DNA of 19,488 nucleotides from contig OZ223273.1 in the NCBI GenBank assembly GCA_965140585.1, positions 1 through 19,488 on the forward strand, in the 5' to 3' direction. The number at the start of each line of letters is the position of its first letter. The stretch's first letter is position 1. The stretch is from Spirochaetia bacterium. Lineage in GTDB: Bacteria; Spirochaetota; Spirochaetia; UBA9216. Below the pieces are notes generated by a model, which saw nothing but the letters and a program-made list of their open reading frames with translations, did not search any database and was not told where the DNA came from. Positions 1 through 8,399 of this stretch are shown in pieces. Both the position numbers and the translations under genes were made by a program.

Positions 1-1
1 A

Positions 2-863
2 CAGCTTTCTGATTTCACCGCGGGAATTGAAGCCGCTCTGGAGAAAAATCGTAAAGGCGAAAGCCGCAGAATCAGCGCTGTAATTCCCGTTCACACAGGC
101 GGCTGCCTCTGCAGCATGAAGGTTATAAACGAAATGGCAGCTGCAGAGGGAATTGCCGTAATAGAAGACGGAGCACATCTGCAGCCGGAGCCGGATGCTC
201 TCTCGGACAGCAGAACGATGCTTGTGTATTCATTCTATGCTACAAAATGCATTGCTACCGGTGAAGGCGGAATGGTAATCACTGATAATGAAGAAGCTGC
301 CGCCCGGATGAAGCTGATGCGTTTTCACGGATTTGACAGGGAGGCCTGGAACAGGTATCAGAGCAAAGGAAAAAAACTCCTGGGAATACGACATTGCCGC
401 CCCGGGCTTTAAATATAATCTGACCGATATCGCTTCTTCTATAGGACTGGTTCAGCTTAAAAAAGCCGGGACTATGAAAGCCCGAAGGGAGGAGATTGCA
501 CGCAGATACAACGAAGCCTTCTCCGACTGCGGTTTTATCAGGCTGCCTCCCTCCCCCGTACAGAACTCCTGGCACCTCTATATTGCCGGTCTTATTCCCG
601 GCAGGCTCAACATAGATCGGGATGAGTTTGTTTTCAGGCTCGGGGAACTTGGAATAGGCACATCGGTTCATTATAAACCCCTCCATCTTATGAGTTATTA
701 TAAAAAAAGATACGGTTTTAAGCCTGAAGACTTTCCCAACAGCCTCAACAGGTTTAAAAATTCATTTAGCCTGCCGATTTACCCGGGTTTGACGGATGAT
801 GATATTTCGAGGATAATCAAGGCAGTACTTGATACGGGCACTAAATCATTCAGGAGAGTTTAA
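2..863 (+). CDS. DegT/DnrJ/EryC1/StrS family PLP-dependent nucleotide-sugar aminotransferase (5'-truncated by the window; apparent 1-nt frameshift at about 370-376)
   Basis: Frame 2 is open from base 2 and reads AVIPVHTGG...IEDGAH...SFYATK(PLP Lys)CIATGEGGM...RFHG. The family C-terminus (WEYDIAAPGFKYNLTDI...SWHLY...GIGTSVHYKPLH...SLPIYPGLT) continues in the frame of ORF 333..863. Removing one A from the A7 run at 370-376 joins the two frames as SKG-KNSWEY. Confidence 0.9.
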
Positions 864-2959
864 TGCCGGATACCCATAAAGGTAAAAAATTTATCTGTGA
901 TTATTATACAGCCGGAATGACTGTAATCAGGATAATACGCTCATCAGTAAGATCCGGTATTATCAAATCAGTCACCATCCCTGAAATGCCTGAGGGCTAC
1001 GGCATAATTGATCATTCAGGCATACCGGGTGATGCGGATCTTCATGTTTTCAACAGAAGCATGCCGGTTTTATGCAACGGAAGAGTAAACTACTTGGGCG
1101 AAGCTGTTCTGCTGCTATACGGTCCTGATGAAAGAGATCTTGATGACTTTGCTTCTGAAATAGTTATTGAATATGAAGAAACGGAACAGCATCTTGAATT
1201 TGATGATTTTGATCAGCAGCAGGTTGACCGTGAATGCCTTTACACAAAGGGCAAACCTGCAAAGAATTTCAGCAAAGCCGCTAAAGTAGTAGAAGAAACA
1301 TACCGGACAGCGCCCCAGCATCATTATGATCTGGAACCTCAGGGAGCTACTGCTGTCAGAATCGGCGACAGTATCGAACTCATAAGCGCGACCCAATGGC
1401 CTTTTAATGTAAGGGATAACGTCGCATCCGTGATAGGAATAAAACCGGCAGAGGTCACCATCAAGGTGCCCTCCATGGGAAAAACCCACAGCGGAAAGCT
1501 TTGGTACGCAGGCCTGCTGGCCAGCTATTCGGCACTTGTAACCTGGAAAACAGGCAGCCCCTCAATATGCCTTCTGACTAAAAAGGATTCCATTCTCTAC
1601 ACCCCGGGAAGAGCCGAAACAGTAATCACACATAAAACAGGAATGGATGAAAGCGGGCAGATTATCTGCAGAAGCATTGATATATCCCTCAACACCGGAG
1701 CCTACCCAATGCTTTCTGATGAGGTTGTGAACAGACTCTGTTTTTCAGCATCAGGAGTCTATAAAGTCCCCGCACTTGAAGTAAAAGCCAGAACCGTAAT
1801 CACAAACAGGTCTCCTGCAGGAGCCTTCAATGGAATGGGCTTCCACCAGGGCTTTCTGGCAGCAGAGATACACAATAACAGGCTTGCTGCAGAATCAAAC
1901 CTCGATACCCTGGAATGGCGGGTCAAAAATATTGCACAGTCATACAGCCAGCTTCCCATAGGCTGGGAAAACCGTAAAAACCTGCATTTAAAAAACCTGC
2001 TTGAGATGGTGGCTTCAGCCTCAGACTTCAGTCGCAAACAGGCTTCATATACGCTTGTGAACAGGGACCTGAACAAGTTTTCCGGTAATAGACGCGGAAT
2101 AGGAATATCTCTCTGCTGTCAAGGCAACGGATTCATGGGCAGAATAGAGGAAAACGAAAAATATACTGTTTCAGTACGGCTGGACAAGGAAGGAAAACTT
2201 TCAATAATGACTTCGGCAGTACCGGAAAATTTTCAGACGACCGCCCTCTGGAAAAAAATTGCGGGGGATATTCTGGAGCTTGAGACCGATGACGTTCTGA
2301 TAGAATCAACAAGCACTTCACTGGTTCCGGATTCCGGTCCCTCACTGTTTTCACGAAATATCACCGTAATCACTTCACTGATAGAAAAGTGCTGCAACGC
2401 CATAAAAAAAAGCCGGTTCAGGCTGCCCCTTCCTATAGAAGTTAAACGAAGCTACAGACTTTCGGGAAGCAGCAGCTGGGATCCTGAAACTTTCACCGGA
2501 ACCCCTTTTTCAACAGTATCCTGGGGAGCTGCAGTTGTAGAAACAGCAACAGACCCGATCAGCATGGATACAACGGTGCGTGGCGTCTGGCTTGCTGTTG
2601 ACTGCGGCAAGGTTGTTGATGAAACCCTGGCCCGGGCAGAACTGGAAACCGAAATATACCGATCTATAATGCGGACGCTTTTCCCCATTTCTGAAATCCG
2701 GCACCACGACAGCAGCATACCCGCTGCACCTCCGCAGCCTCTGAATCATATACCTATACGGATCGAGTTTCTTAAAAGCAGAGATCCCAAGCCTGGAGGT
2801 ATAGGCGATCTCCCTGACTGTCTGATTCCTGCTGCTGTGACCTCTGCAATCAACATGGGCTTGGGGATACAGACCAGCGATCTGCCGTCATCGCCCGAGC
2901 AGCTTTTTCATTTCTTTGACAGCAAGACTATTCCAGCGGAGATAAAAAATGACGATTGA
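863..2959 (+). CDS. Xanthine dehydrogenase/aldehyde oxidase family molybdopterin-binding (large) subunit homolog with degenerate motifs
   Basis: 698 aa. It has an a/b-hammerhead N-terminus (GRVNYLGEAVLL), QHHYDLEP, ATQWPF, RRGIGIS, PDSGPS..SR, WGAAVVE, VDCGKVV and GGIGDLP, which are recognisable but altered XdhA/CoxL motifs. The start overlaps the DegT stop (TAATG) with an AGGAGA SD upstream. Confidence 0.85.
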   Translation: MPDTHKGKKFICDYYTAGMTVIRIIRSSVRSGIIKSVTIPEMPEGYGIIDHSGIPGDADLHVFNRSMPVLCNGRVNYLGEAVLLLYGPDERDLDDFASEIVIEYEETEQHLEFDDFDQQQVDRECLYTKGKPAKNFSKAAKVVEETYRTAPQHHYDLEPQGATAVRIGDSIELISATQWPFNVRDNVASVIGIKPAEVTIKVPSMGKTHSGKLWYAGLLASYSALVTWKTGSPSICLLTKKDSILYTPGRAETVITHKTGMDESGQIICRSIDISLNTGAYPMLSDEVVNRLCFSASGVYKVPALEVKARTVITNRSPAGAFNGMGFHQGFLAAEIHNNRLAAESNLDTLEWRVKNIAQSYSQLPIGWENRKNLHLKNLLEMVASASDFSRKQASYTLVNRDLNKFSGNRRGIGISLCCQGNGFMGRIEENEKYTVSVRLDKEGKLSIMTSAVPENFQTTALWKKIAGDILELETDDVLIESTSTSLVPDSGPSLFSRNITVITSLIEKCCNAIKKSRFRLPLPIEVKRSYRLSGSSSWDPETFTGTPFSTVSWGAAVVETATDPISMDTTVRGVWLAVDCGKVVDETLARAELETEIYRSIMRTLFPISEIRHHDSSIPAAPPQPLNHIPIRIEFLKSRDPKPGGIGDLPDCLIPAAVTSAINMGLGIQTSDLPSSPEQLFHFFDSKTIPAEIKNDD

Positions 2960-3431
2960 TTTTTCACTGAACGGGAAAAAAGTATCTGTTGATGCTCCGC
3001 CGGAAAAAAGACTTATTGATGTAATTCGTGAGGATTTCGGACTGACTCAGACCAAAAAAGCATGTACAAGCGGAGAATGCGGAAGCTGTACAGTTCTGCT
3101 TGACGGCCAGCCGGTCCCGTCATGTCAGGTTCCGGTCTTTACGATACGGGCAAAACGAATTATCACCATCGAGGGATTTTCCCAGACTAAAGATTACACA
3201 GACATCATTGAAGCCCTGACTGCTGAAAAGTGCATTCCCTGCCCCTACTGTTTTTCAGGCAAGGTGCTGGCGGTTCACAGACTGATTGAAAACAGGCGGG
3301 AGCCAGAAATGAATGATATAATGCTGCTGTTATCCGATCATGTATGCAACTGCACTCCGGTTTCAAGCTTTTTACAGGCCGTAAAACGTGCATTCAGGAA
3401 CAGGGAGTTCAGGGGAGAACGCAGAAGATGA
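2949..3431 (+). CDS. CoxS/XdhC-type two-[2Fe-2S] small subunit
   Basis: C-x4-C-x2-C-x11-C (ACTSGECGSCTVLLDGQPVPSC), ITIEG, then CPYC and CNC for the second cluster. Overlaps the large-subunit stop by 11 nt, with GGAG upstream. Confidence 0.9.
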   Translation: MTIDFSLNGKKVSVDAPPEKRLIDVIREDFGLTQTKKACTSGECGSCTVLLDGQPVPSCQVPVFTIRAKRIITIEGFSQTKDYTDIIEALTAEKCIPCPYCFSGKVLAVHRLIENRREPEMNDIMLLLSDHVCNCTPVSSFLQAVKRAFRNREFRGERRR

Positions 3432-4285
3432 TGAAAAACCGCCGTTCTCCCCTGGTCTATTACCCGAAAACCGTAAATGAACTTCTCACACTTTATAAAT
3501 CCATGCCCGACAGCATGGTATACGCAGGCGGGACCGGTATTATGAGCAGCCGTGTAGAGAAGTACCCCAATCTCAACAGGAATATACTTTTTCTTTCCAG
3601 GATTGAAGAGCTTGCAGCTATCCGGCGTTCTGAAGGTTACCTTGAGATAGGAGCCTGCGCTAAACTGAACCGGATACTTGGAATCGGAGAACATGTTCTA
3701 AAGCCGGCTCTTTACAGAGCGCTGCAGAGCATTGGCACAAATGAAATCAGGAATCTCGCAACAATAGGCGGAAATCTATGCAGCAGTTACCGGATTAAAT
3801 CACTGCATCCGCTTTTCATCCTGCTTGACGTAAGACTGGAACTCAAAAAACACGGAGGCTCCCGCTGGGTTACCATGCGGAAATTTGACAATCCGGAAAC
3901 CGGGCTGCAGCCTGGTGAAATTCTCACAAGAATCAGAATCCCATTTAATAATTATAATTTCCAGAAATTTATGATAAGCGGCAATCTTAAATGCGATTTC
4001 CCCGGAGTACTTACATTCTGCAGCCTTGCAAATATTCAGAAAGAGGTCCTGACCGAAATAAAGTTTTCTGCAGGCTATGAAAACGACGGAATATTCAGGG
4101 CAAGGGAATTTGAAGACGCTCTTTCGGGCAGAAAACTGCCTATTTTCGGAATCCCGGAGGAACCGGTGTTCAACAGGCTTGCCACAGCACTTAAAAACCA
4201 GAGTCCTCCCCTTTCGCTGTTTCATCAGCAGCAGATTGAAGGCCTGCTTCTCTCCTTTATCCACTACCTCAATGACCTTATTTAA
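3428..4285 (+). CDS. CoxM/XdhB-type FAD-binding medium subunit homolog
   Basis: YYPKTVNELL, YAGGTG, LEIGA, IRNLATIGGNLC and LQPGEILTRIRIP motifs. The start is more likely ATG 3428 (ATGA overlap with the [2Fe-2S] gene stop) than 3344. Confidence 0.85.
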   Translation: MMKNRRSPLVYYPKTVNELLTLYKSMPDSMVYAGGTGIMSSRVEKYPNLNRNILFLSRIEELAAIRRSEGYLEIGACAKLNRILGIGEHVLKPALYRALQSIGTNEIRNLATIGGNLCSSYRIKSLHPLFILLDVRLELKKHGGSRWVTMRKFDNPETGLQPGEILTRIRIPFNNYNFQKFMISGNLKCDFPGVLTFCSLANIQKEVLTEIKFSAGYENDGIFRAREFEDALSGRKLPIFGIPEEPVFNRLATALKNQSPPLSLFHQQQIEGLLLSFIHYLNDLI

Positions 4286-4307
4286 ACAAGTCACATGCAA
4301 GTTCTTA

Positions 4308-4337
4308 TTGAATAAATGACCTATCTCGGGGTAATAT
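4308..4337 (+). promoter_or_regulatory. Putative sigma70 promoter for dnaE
   Basis: TTGAAT (4308-4313), 18 nt, TAATAT (4332-4337). GTG codons lie at 4341 and 4344 with no obvious SD. Confidence 0.4.
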
Positions 4338-4340
4338 TTT

Positions 4341-7300
4341 GTGGTGAATAATATACCCGATTTCGTTCACCTTCATACACATACTGATTATTCACTTCTC
4401 GACGGAGCTTCCTCCATAAAGAAGATTGTCGCTAAAGCTGTATCCCTGGGGATGAAGCATGCTGCCATTACCGACCATGGAAACATGTTCGGTGCACTCC
4501 GCTTCTATGAGGAATGCAAATCAGCCGGAATCAACCCGGTAGTCGGATGTGAGCTATATGTCGCCCCCGGTTCACGCTTTGTTAAATCAGGTTCCGAAAC
4601 AGGAAATAAATACAACCACCTGATTCTTCTGGCTAAAAGCGAGAAAGGATACCGGAATCTCATAGAGCTGAGCTCAGCCGGATATACTGAGGGCTTCTAC
4701 TACAAACCGAGGATTGATGATGAGATCCTTGAGAAATACTGTGGTGATCTGATCTGCTCAAGCGCATGTCTTGCCGGAGAAATACCCTCGCTGATAATGT
4801 TGGGTAAAAATGATCAGGCCATGGAAAAAGCCGGTTTTTACAACGAACTCTTCGGTAAAGGCAACTTCTACCTGGAACTGCAGGATCATGGAATTCCTGA
4901 GCAGAGGACCGTCAACAAGGCAATAATCGAAATATCGAAAAAAACCGGTATACCGATGATTGCAACCAACGACAGTCACTACATCGACCGTGAGGACGCC
5001 AATGCGCAGGATATTCTGCTATGTATAGGAACCGGACGGCATAAGAACGAAACTAACAGAATGACCTTCGATACCCAGGAATTCTATTTCAAGAATCAGC
5101 AGGAGATGTATGAGATATTCCGTGAAGTACCCGAAGCCCTTTCAAATACTGTAGAACTCGCTGAAAAATGCAATATAGATATCAAATATCCGGGACCGCT
5201 TCTGCCGGTTTACGATATTCCGGCCCCGCATAAAGGACCCGGAGATTACCTGAGAGCCCTTACCTATGAAGGACTTGAGTTCCGCTATCCCGGCTACGGA
5301 CCTGAAATCAAGGAAAGGGCCGACTTTGAACTTGATACGATTATTTCAATGGACTTCCCCAGTTACTTTCTTATTGTCTGGGACTTTATCCACTGGGCAC
5401 ACGAGAATGATATTCCGGTAGGGCCTGGACGTGGCTCGGGAGCAGGCTCAATTGTCGCATATGCACTTAGAATTACGGACATCGATCCGCTCAAGTACGA
5501 ACTTCTCTTTGAGCGATTTCTCAACCCTGAACGAGTATCGATGCCTGACTTTGATATCGACTTCTGCTTCGAAAGACGGCAGGAGGTTATCAATTACGTA
5601 ACAGAGAAGTACGGTAAGGAAAAAGTCGGACAGATCATAACCTTTGGAACTCTTAAAACAAAAGCAGTTCTCAAGGACGTCGCCAGAGTACTGGATATCC
5701 CTTTTTCTGAATCGGATGCAATTTCAAAGCTTGTTCCAAATGAACTGAAAATGAGCCTGAATAAGGCCCTTGAAATGGAACCGAAACTCAAGGAATATTC
5801 AGAGCGCGGCGGAATTTACAACGAACTTTTTGACACAGCCAGAAGGCTTGAGGGCTTAAGCCGTCATGCATCAACACACGCAGCGGGTATAGTTATCGGG
5901 CAGACAAAACTGACTGATTACGTCCCGCTCTACCGTGATAAGACGGGTGCAATTTCCACCCAGTATACGATGGACCAGATTGAACCTCAGGGACTTGTAA
6001 AGATGGACTTCCTGGGGCTTAAGACCCTGACACTTATCAAAAACACAGAGACCCTTGTCAGGAAAAAAATTCCTGATTTCTCTATCGAAAACATTCCCGA
6101 GGATGACGATCCAACCTTCAAGATGCTCAGTGAAGGAAAGAGTACCTGTATCTTCCAGTTTGAAAGTTCCGGAATGCAGGGGATTCTTAAGCAGGCCCAG
6201 CCTAACTCAATTGAAGACCTTATAGCATTGAATGCCCTGTACAGACCGGGGCCAATGCAGTACATACCCCAGTTTATCGACAGTAAAAGCGGAAAAACCC
6301 CGATTACCTACCCGGACCCGGCTCTCGAGGAAACTCTCAAGCCGACCTACGGTGTAATCGTATATCAGGAACAGGTAATGAAGGTCGCCCAGATAATCGG
6401 CGGCTTTTCACTGGGAAAAGCGGATATTCTGCGCCGTGCGATGGGTAAGAAAAAAGAAAAAGAAATGGATAAGATGAAGATCGAGTTCATCGAGGGCGCT
6501 GTAGCACAGGGCCTCGACAAGAAGCACGCTGACAACATCTTTGAAATGCTTAAACCCTTTGCCGGATACGGATTCAATAAATCCCACGCTGCGGCCTACT
6601 CCGTTCTGGCCTATCAGACAGCCTACCTGAAGGCAAACTTTCCTGCTGAATTTATGGCGGCAAACCTTACTAACGAAATCAACAGCCCCGACAAGCTTAC
6701 ACAGTATATTGCCGAGGCAAACGGTATGGGTATCGAACTATGCCCGCCGGATATGAACCTCTCCGATATGAAATTCACAGTTGTCGATGACAAGATCATC
6801 TACGGACTGATCGGTATTAAAAATGTCGGTGAAGCTGCTGTTGAGGAAATTCTCAAACAGCGTGAGAAGGGCGGAAAATTCAAGAGCTTCATCGATTTCA
6901 TCGAGCGGGTCGATCTGAAGACTGTTAACCGGAAGGTTATCGAAACAAGCATACAGACCGGACTTTTCGACTCGTTGGGAGAAAACCGTGCGACATTGAT
7001 GCACAATCTCGACAGGATTCTCGAATTTACCAGCCGGTCCAAGGCGGATCAGGGTGTCGGCCAGACCTCCCTCTTCGATGATCCGGAACATACCGAATTT
7101 CATTCAATTGAACTCGAACCTGTAGAGGAATGGCCCAAAAAGGAACTTCTTAATTTTGAAAAAGACTTCCTGGGATTCTACTGCAGCGGCCATCCCATGG
7201 ACAGCTACAGGAAGATGTGGGAGAAAGTCACAAATATAGACCTTTCCAACCTTGAACGGGCAAGCAACGGTAAAAAATACAAGCTTATCGGCATGATAAA

Positions 7301-7766
7301 GACATTCCGTTCGCTGATTACCAAAAAAGGTGATAAAATGGCCTTTGCGGAGCTGGAGGATTTCAGGGGTTCAATTGAGACTGTTATCTTCCCTAAGACG
7401 CTGGCAGCATATGAAACAATGATCCGTACAGATGAAGTTTACGGTTTTGAAGGAGAATTCGACAATACCAGAGGTAAGCCTACTTTGAAACTTGAGAAAA
7501 TACTTCAGCCTGAGGAGATAGACGGGGCATCAACGGCTGAACTTCATATACGTCTCTGCGGAAGCAACGGTGATGAGGAAAGTCTGTATGAACTGAGAAA
7601 TACCCTCATTCATTTTACCGGAAGCAGCCCGGTTTATCTGCATATAAACGGGAACCGGAGTGAGACAATTATTAAGGCGTCAAACCAGATACTGGTGAAC
7701 CCGACAAATGAACTGTTTGAGACAATGAAAGCGAAAGCCGAAGTTACGGACATATGGAAAGAATAA
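4341..7766 (+). CDS. dnaE: DNA polymerase III alpha subunit
   Basis: 1141 aa. PHP domain (HLHTHTDYSLLDG, ITDHG, ATNDSHY), GPGRGSGAGS, FERFLNPERVSMPDFDIDF catalytic motif, KMDFLGL, YGFNKSHAAAY, internal clamp-binding motif QTSLF and a C-terminal OB fold. No intein-sized insertion. Confidence 0.98.
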   Translation: MVNNIPDFVHLHTHTDYSLLDGASSIKKIVAKAVSLGMKHAAITDHGNMFGALRFYEECKSAGINPVVGCELYVAPGSRFVKSGSETGNKYNHLILLAKSEKGYRNLIELSSAGYTEGFYYKPRIDDEILEKYCGDLICSSACLAGEIPSLIMLGKNDQAMEKAGFYNELFGKGNFYLELQDHGIPEQRTVNKAIIEISKKTGIPMIATNDSHYIDREDANAQDILLCIGTGRHKNETNRMTFDTQEFYFKNQQEMYEIFREVPEALSNTVELAEKCNIDIKYPGPLLPVYDIPAPHKGPGDYLRALTYEGLEFRYPGYGPEIKERADFELDTIISMDFPSYFLIVWDFIHWAHENDIPVGPGRGSGAGSIVAYALRITDIDPLKYELLFERFLNPERVSMPDFDIDFCFERRQEVINYVTEKYGKEKVGQIITFGTLKTKAVLKDVARVLDIPFSESDAISKLVPNELKMSLNKALEMEPKLKEYSERGGIYNELFDTARRLEGLSRHASTHAAGIVIGQTKLTDYVPLYRDKTGAISTQYTMDQIEPQGLVKMDFLGLKTLTLIKNTETLVRKKIPDFSIENIPEDDDPTFKMLSEGKSTCIFQFESSGMQGILKQAQPNSIEDLIALNALYRPGPMQYIPQFIDSKSGKTPITYPDPALEETLKPTYGVIVYQEQVMKVAQIIGGFSLGKADILRRAMGKKKEKEMDKMKIEFIEGAVAQGLDKKHADNIFEMLKPFAGYGFNKSHAAAYSVLAYQTAYLKANFPAEFMAANLTNEINSPDKLTQYIAEANGMGIELCPPDMNLSDMKFTVVDDKIIYGLIGIKNVGEAAVEEILKQREKGGKFKSFIDFIERVDLKTVNRKVIETSIQTGLFDSLGENRATLMHNLDRILEFTSRSKADQGVGQTSLFDDPEHTEFHSIELEPVEEWPKKELLNFEKDFLGFYCSGHPMDSYRKMWEKVTNIDLSNLERASNGKKYKLIGMIKTFRSLITKKGDKMAFAELEDFRGSIETVIFPKTLAAYETMIRTDEVYGFEGEFDNTRGKPTLKLEKILQPEEIDGASTAELHIRLCGSNGDEESLYELRNTLIHFTGSSPVYLHINGNRSETIIKASNQILVNPTNELFETMKAKAEVTDIWKE

Positions 7767-7793
7767 AAATCTAAGATATATCGGAGTACATTT

Positions 7794-8384
7794 ATGATTA
7801 TGATAATGAAAATACTAAACGCAGTTTTGTCAGTTTACATGATACTGCTTATTATACGGGTAATGCTTACCTGGTTCAGAAGCGCCCAGGTCGGTTCGTT
7901 TTACACCTACCTTGCACGAATTACAGACCCCTACCTTAACCTTTTCAGGAGATTTTCCTTCCTGCGAATCGGAATGATGGATTTCTCACCGATACTCGGT
8001 TTTGTTATCCTGGGAATACTGATAAACATAATCAACAGTATTGCCACATACGGAAGCATCACAATCGGAATTATCCTGGCCATCCTTATCAGCGGCATAT
8101 GGTCTATAATTTCTGTAATTCTTTTTCTGATGATCATTCTGTCTGTAATCAGACTCATTGCTGTTTTTACGAACAGCGCAGGATTTCTCGCCCAGATGTC
8201 AGCAGGAATTGATGCAGTACTCGAACCCATTACCTCATGGGTACGGAAGGTAATATTCAGAAACAAATTTACTCCCTATTCAACCCAGTTAGGAATAGCC
8301 CTGGCAATTCTGATTGCTGCAAACATAGGCGGAAAATATCTTTTCGGATACCTGATGAACCTGGCCGCCGGTCTGCCCTTCTGA
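7794..8384 (+). CDS. yggT: YggT family membrane protein (two YggT-like repeats)
   Basis: Hydrophobic protein with YMILLIIRVMLTWF...LARITDPYL...IGMMDFSPILG and a second weaker repeat (DAVLEPI). The exact start among ATG 7794/7800/7806 is uncertain. Confidence 0.85.
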   Translation: MIMIMKILNAVLSVYMILLIIRVMLTWFRSAQVGSFYTYLARITDPYLNLFRRFSFLRIGMMDFSPILGFVILGILINIINSIATYGSITIGIILAILISGIWSIISVILFLMIILSVIRLIAVFTNSAGFLAQMSAGIDAVLEPITSWVRKVIFRNKFTPYSTQLGIALAILIAANIGGKYLFGYLMNLAAGLPF

Positions 8385-8399
8385 CAAGAAAGGGGAATA

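Noticed and set aside
2-863. DegT protein as an E1/ColD-type 3-dehydrase partnering the FAD/FeS module
   Set aside because: The PLP Schiff-base Lys is retained (SFYATK), whereas E1/ColD dehydrases have His there. No E1-type FeS cysteine motif is visible.
863-2959. Aerobic CO dehydrogenase CoxL or a standard active xanthine dehydrogenase
   Set aside because: It lacks the AYxCSFR/AYRGAGR active-site loop and the catalytic Glu, and no accessory genes are present. No substrate or gene symbol can be assigned.
3344-3427. ORF-track N-terminal extension of the FAD subunit
   Set aside because: It overlaps the [2Fe-2S] gene by 88 nt and has no family similarity. ATG 3428 gives a typical ATGA coupling.
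863-4285. Pseudogene call for the XDH-like trio
   Set aside because: All three ORFs are uninterrupted with preserved start/stop overlaps and all FeS cysteines, which argues for purifying selection.
4341-7766. Intein or split in dnaE
   Set aside because: Length (1141 aa) and motif spacing are normal, with no intein-like insertion.
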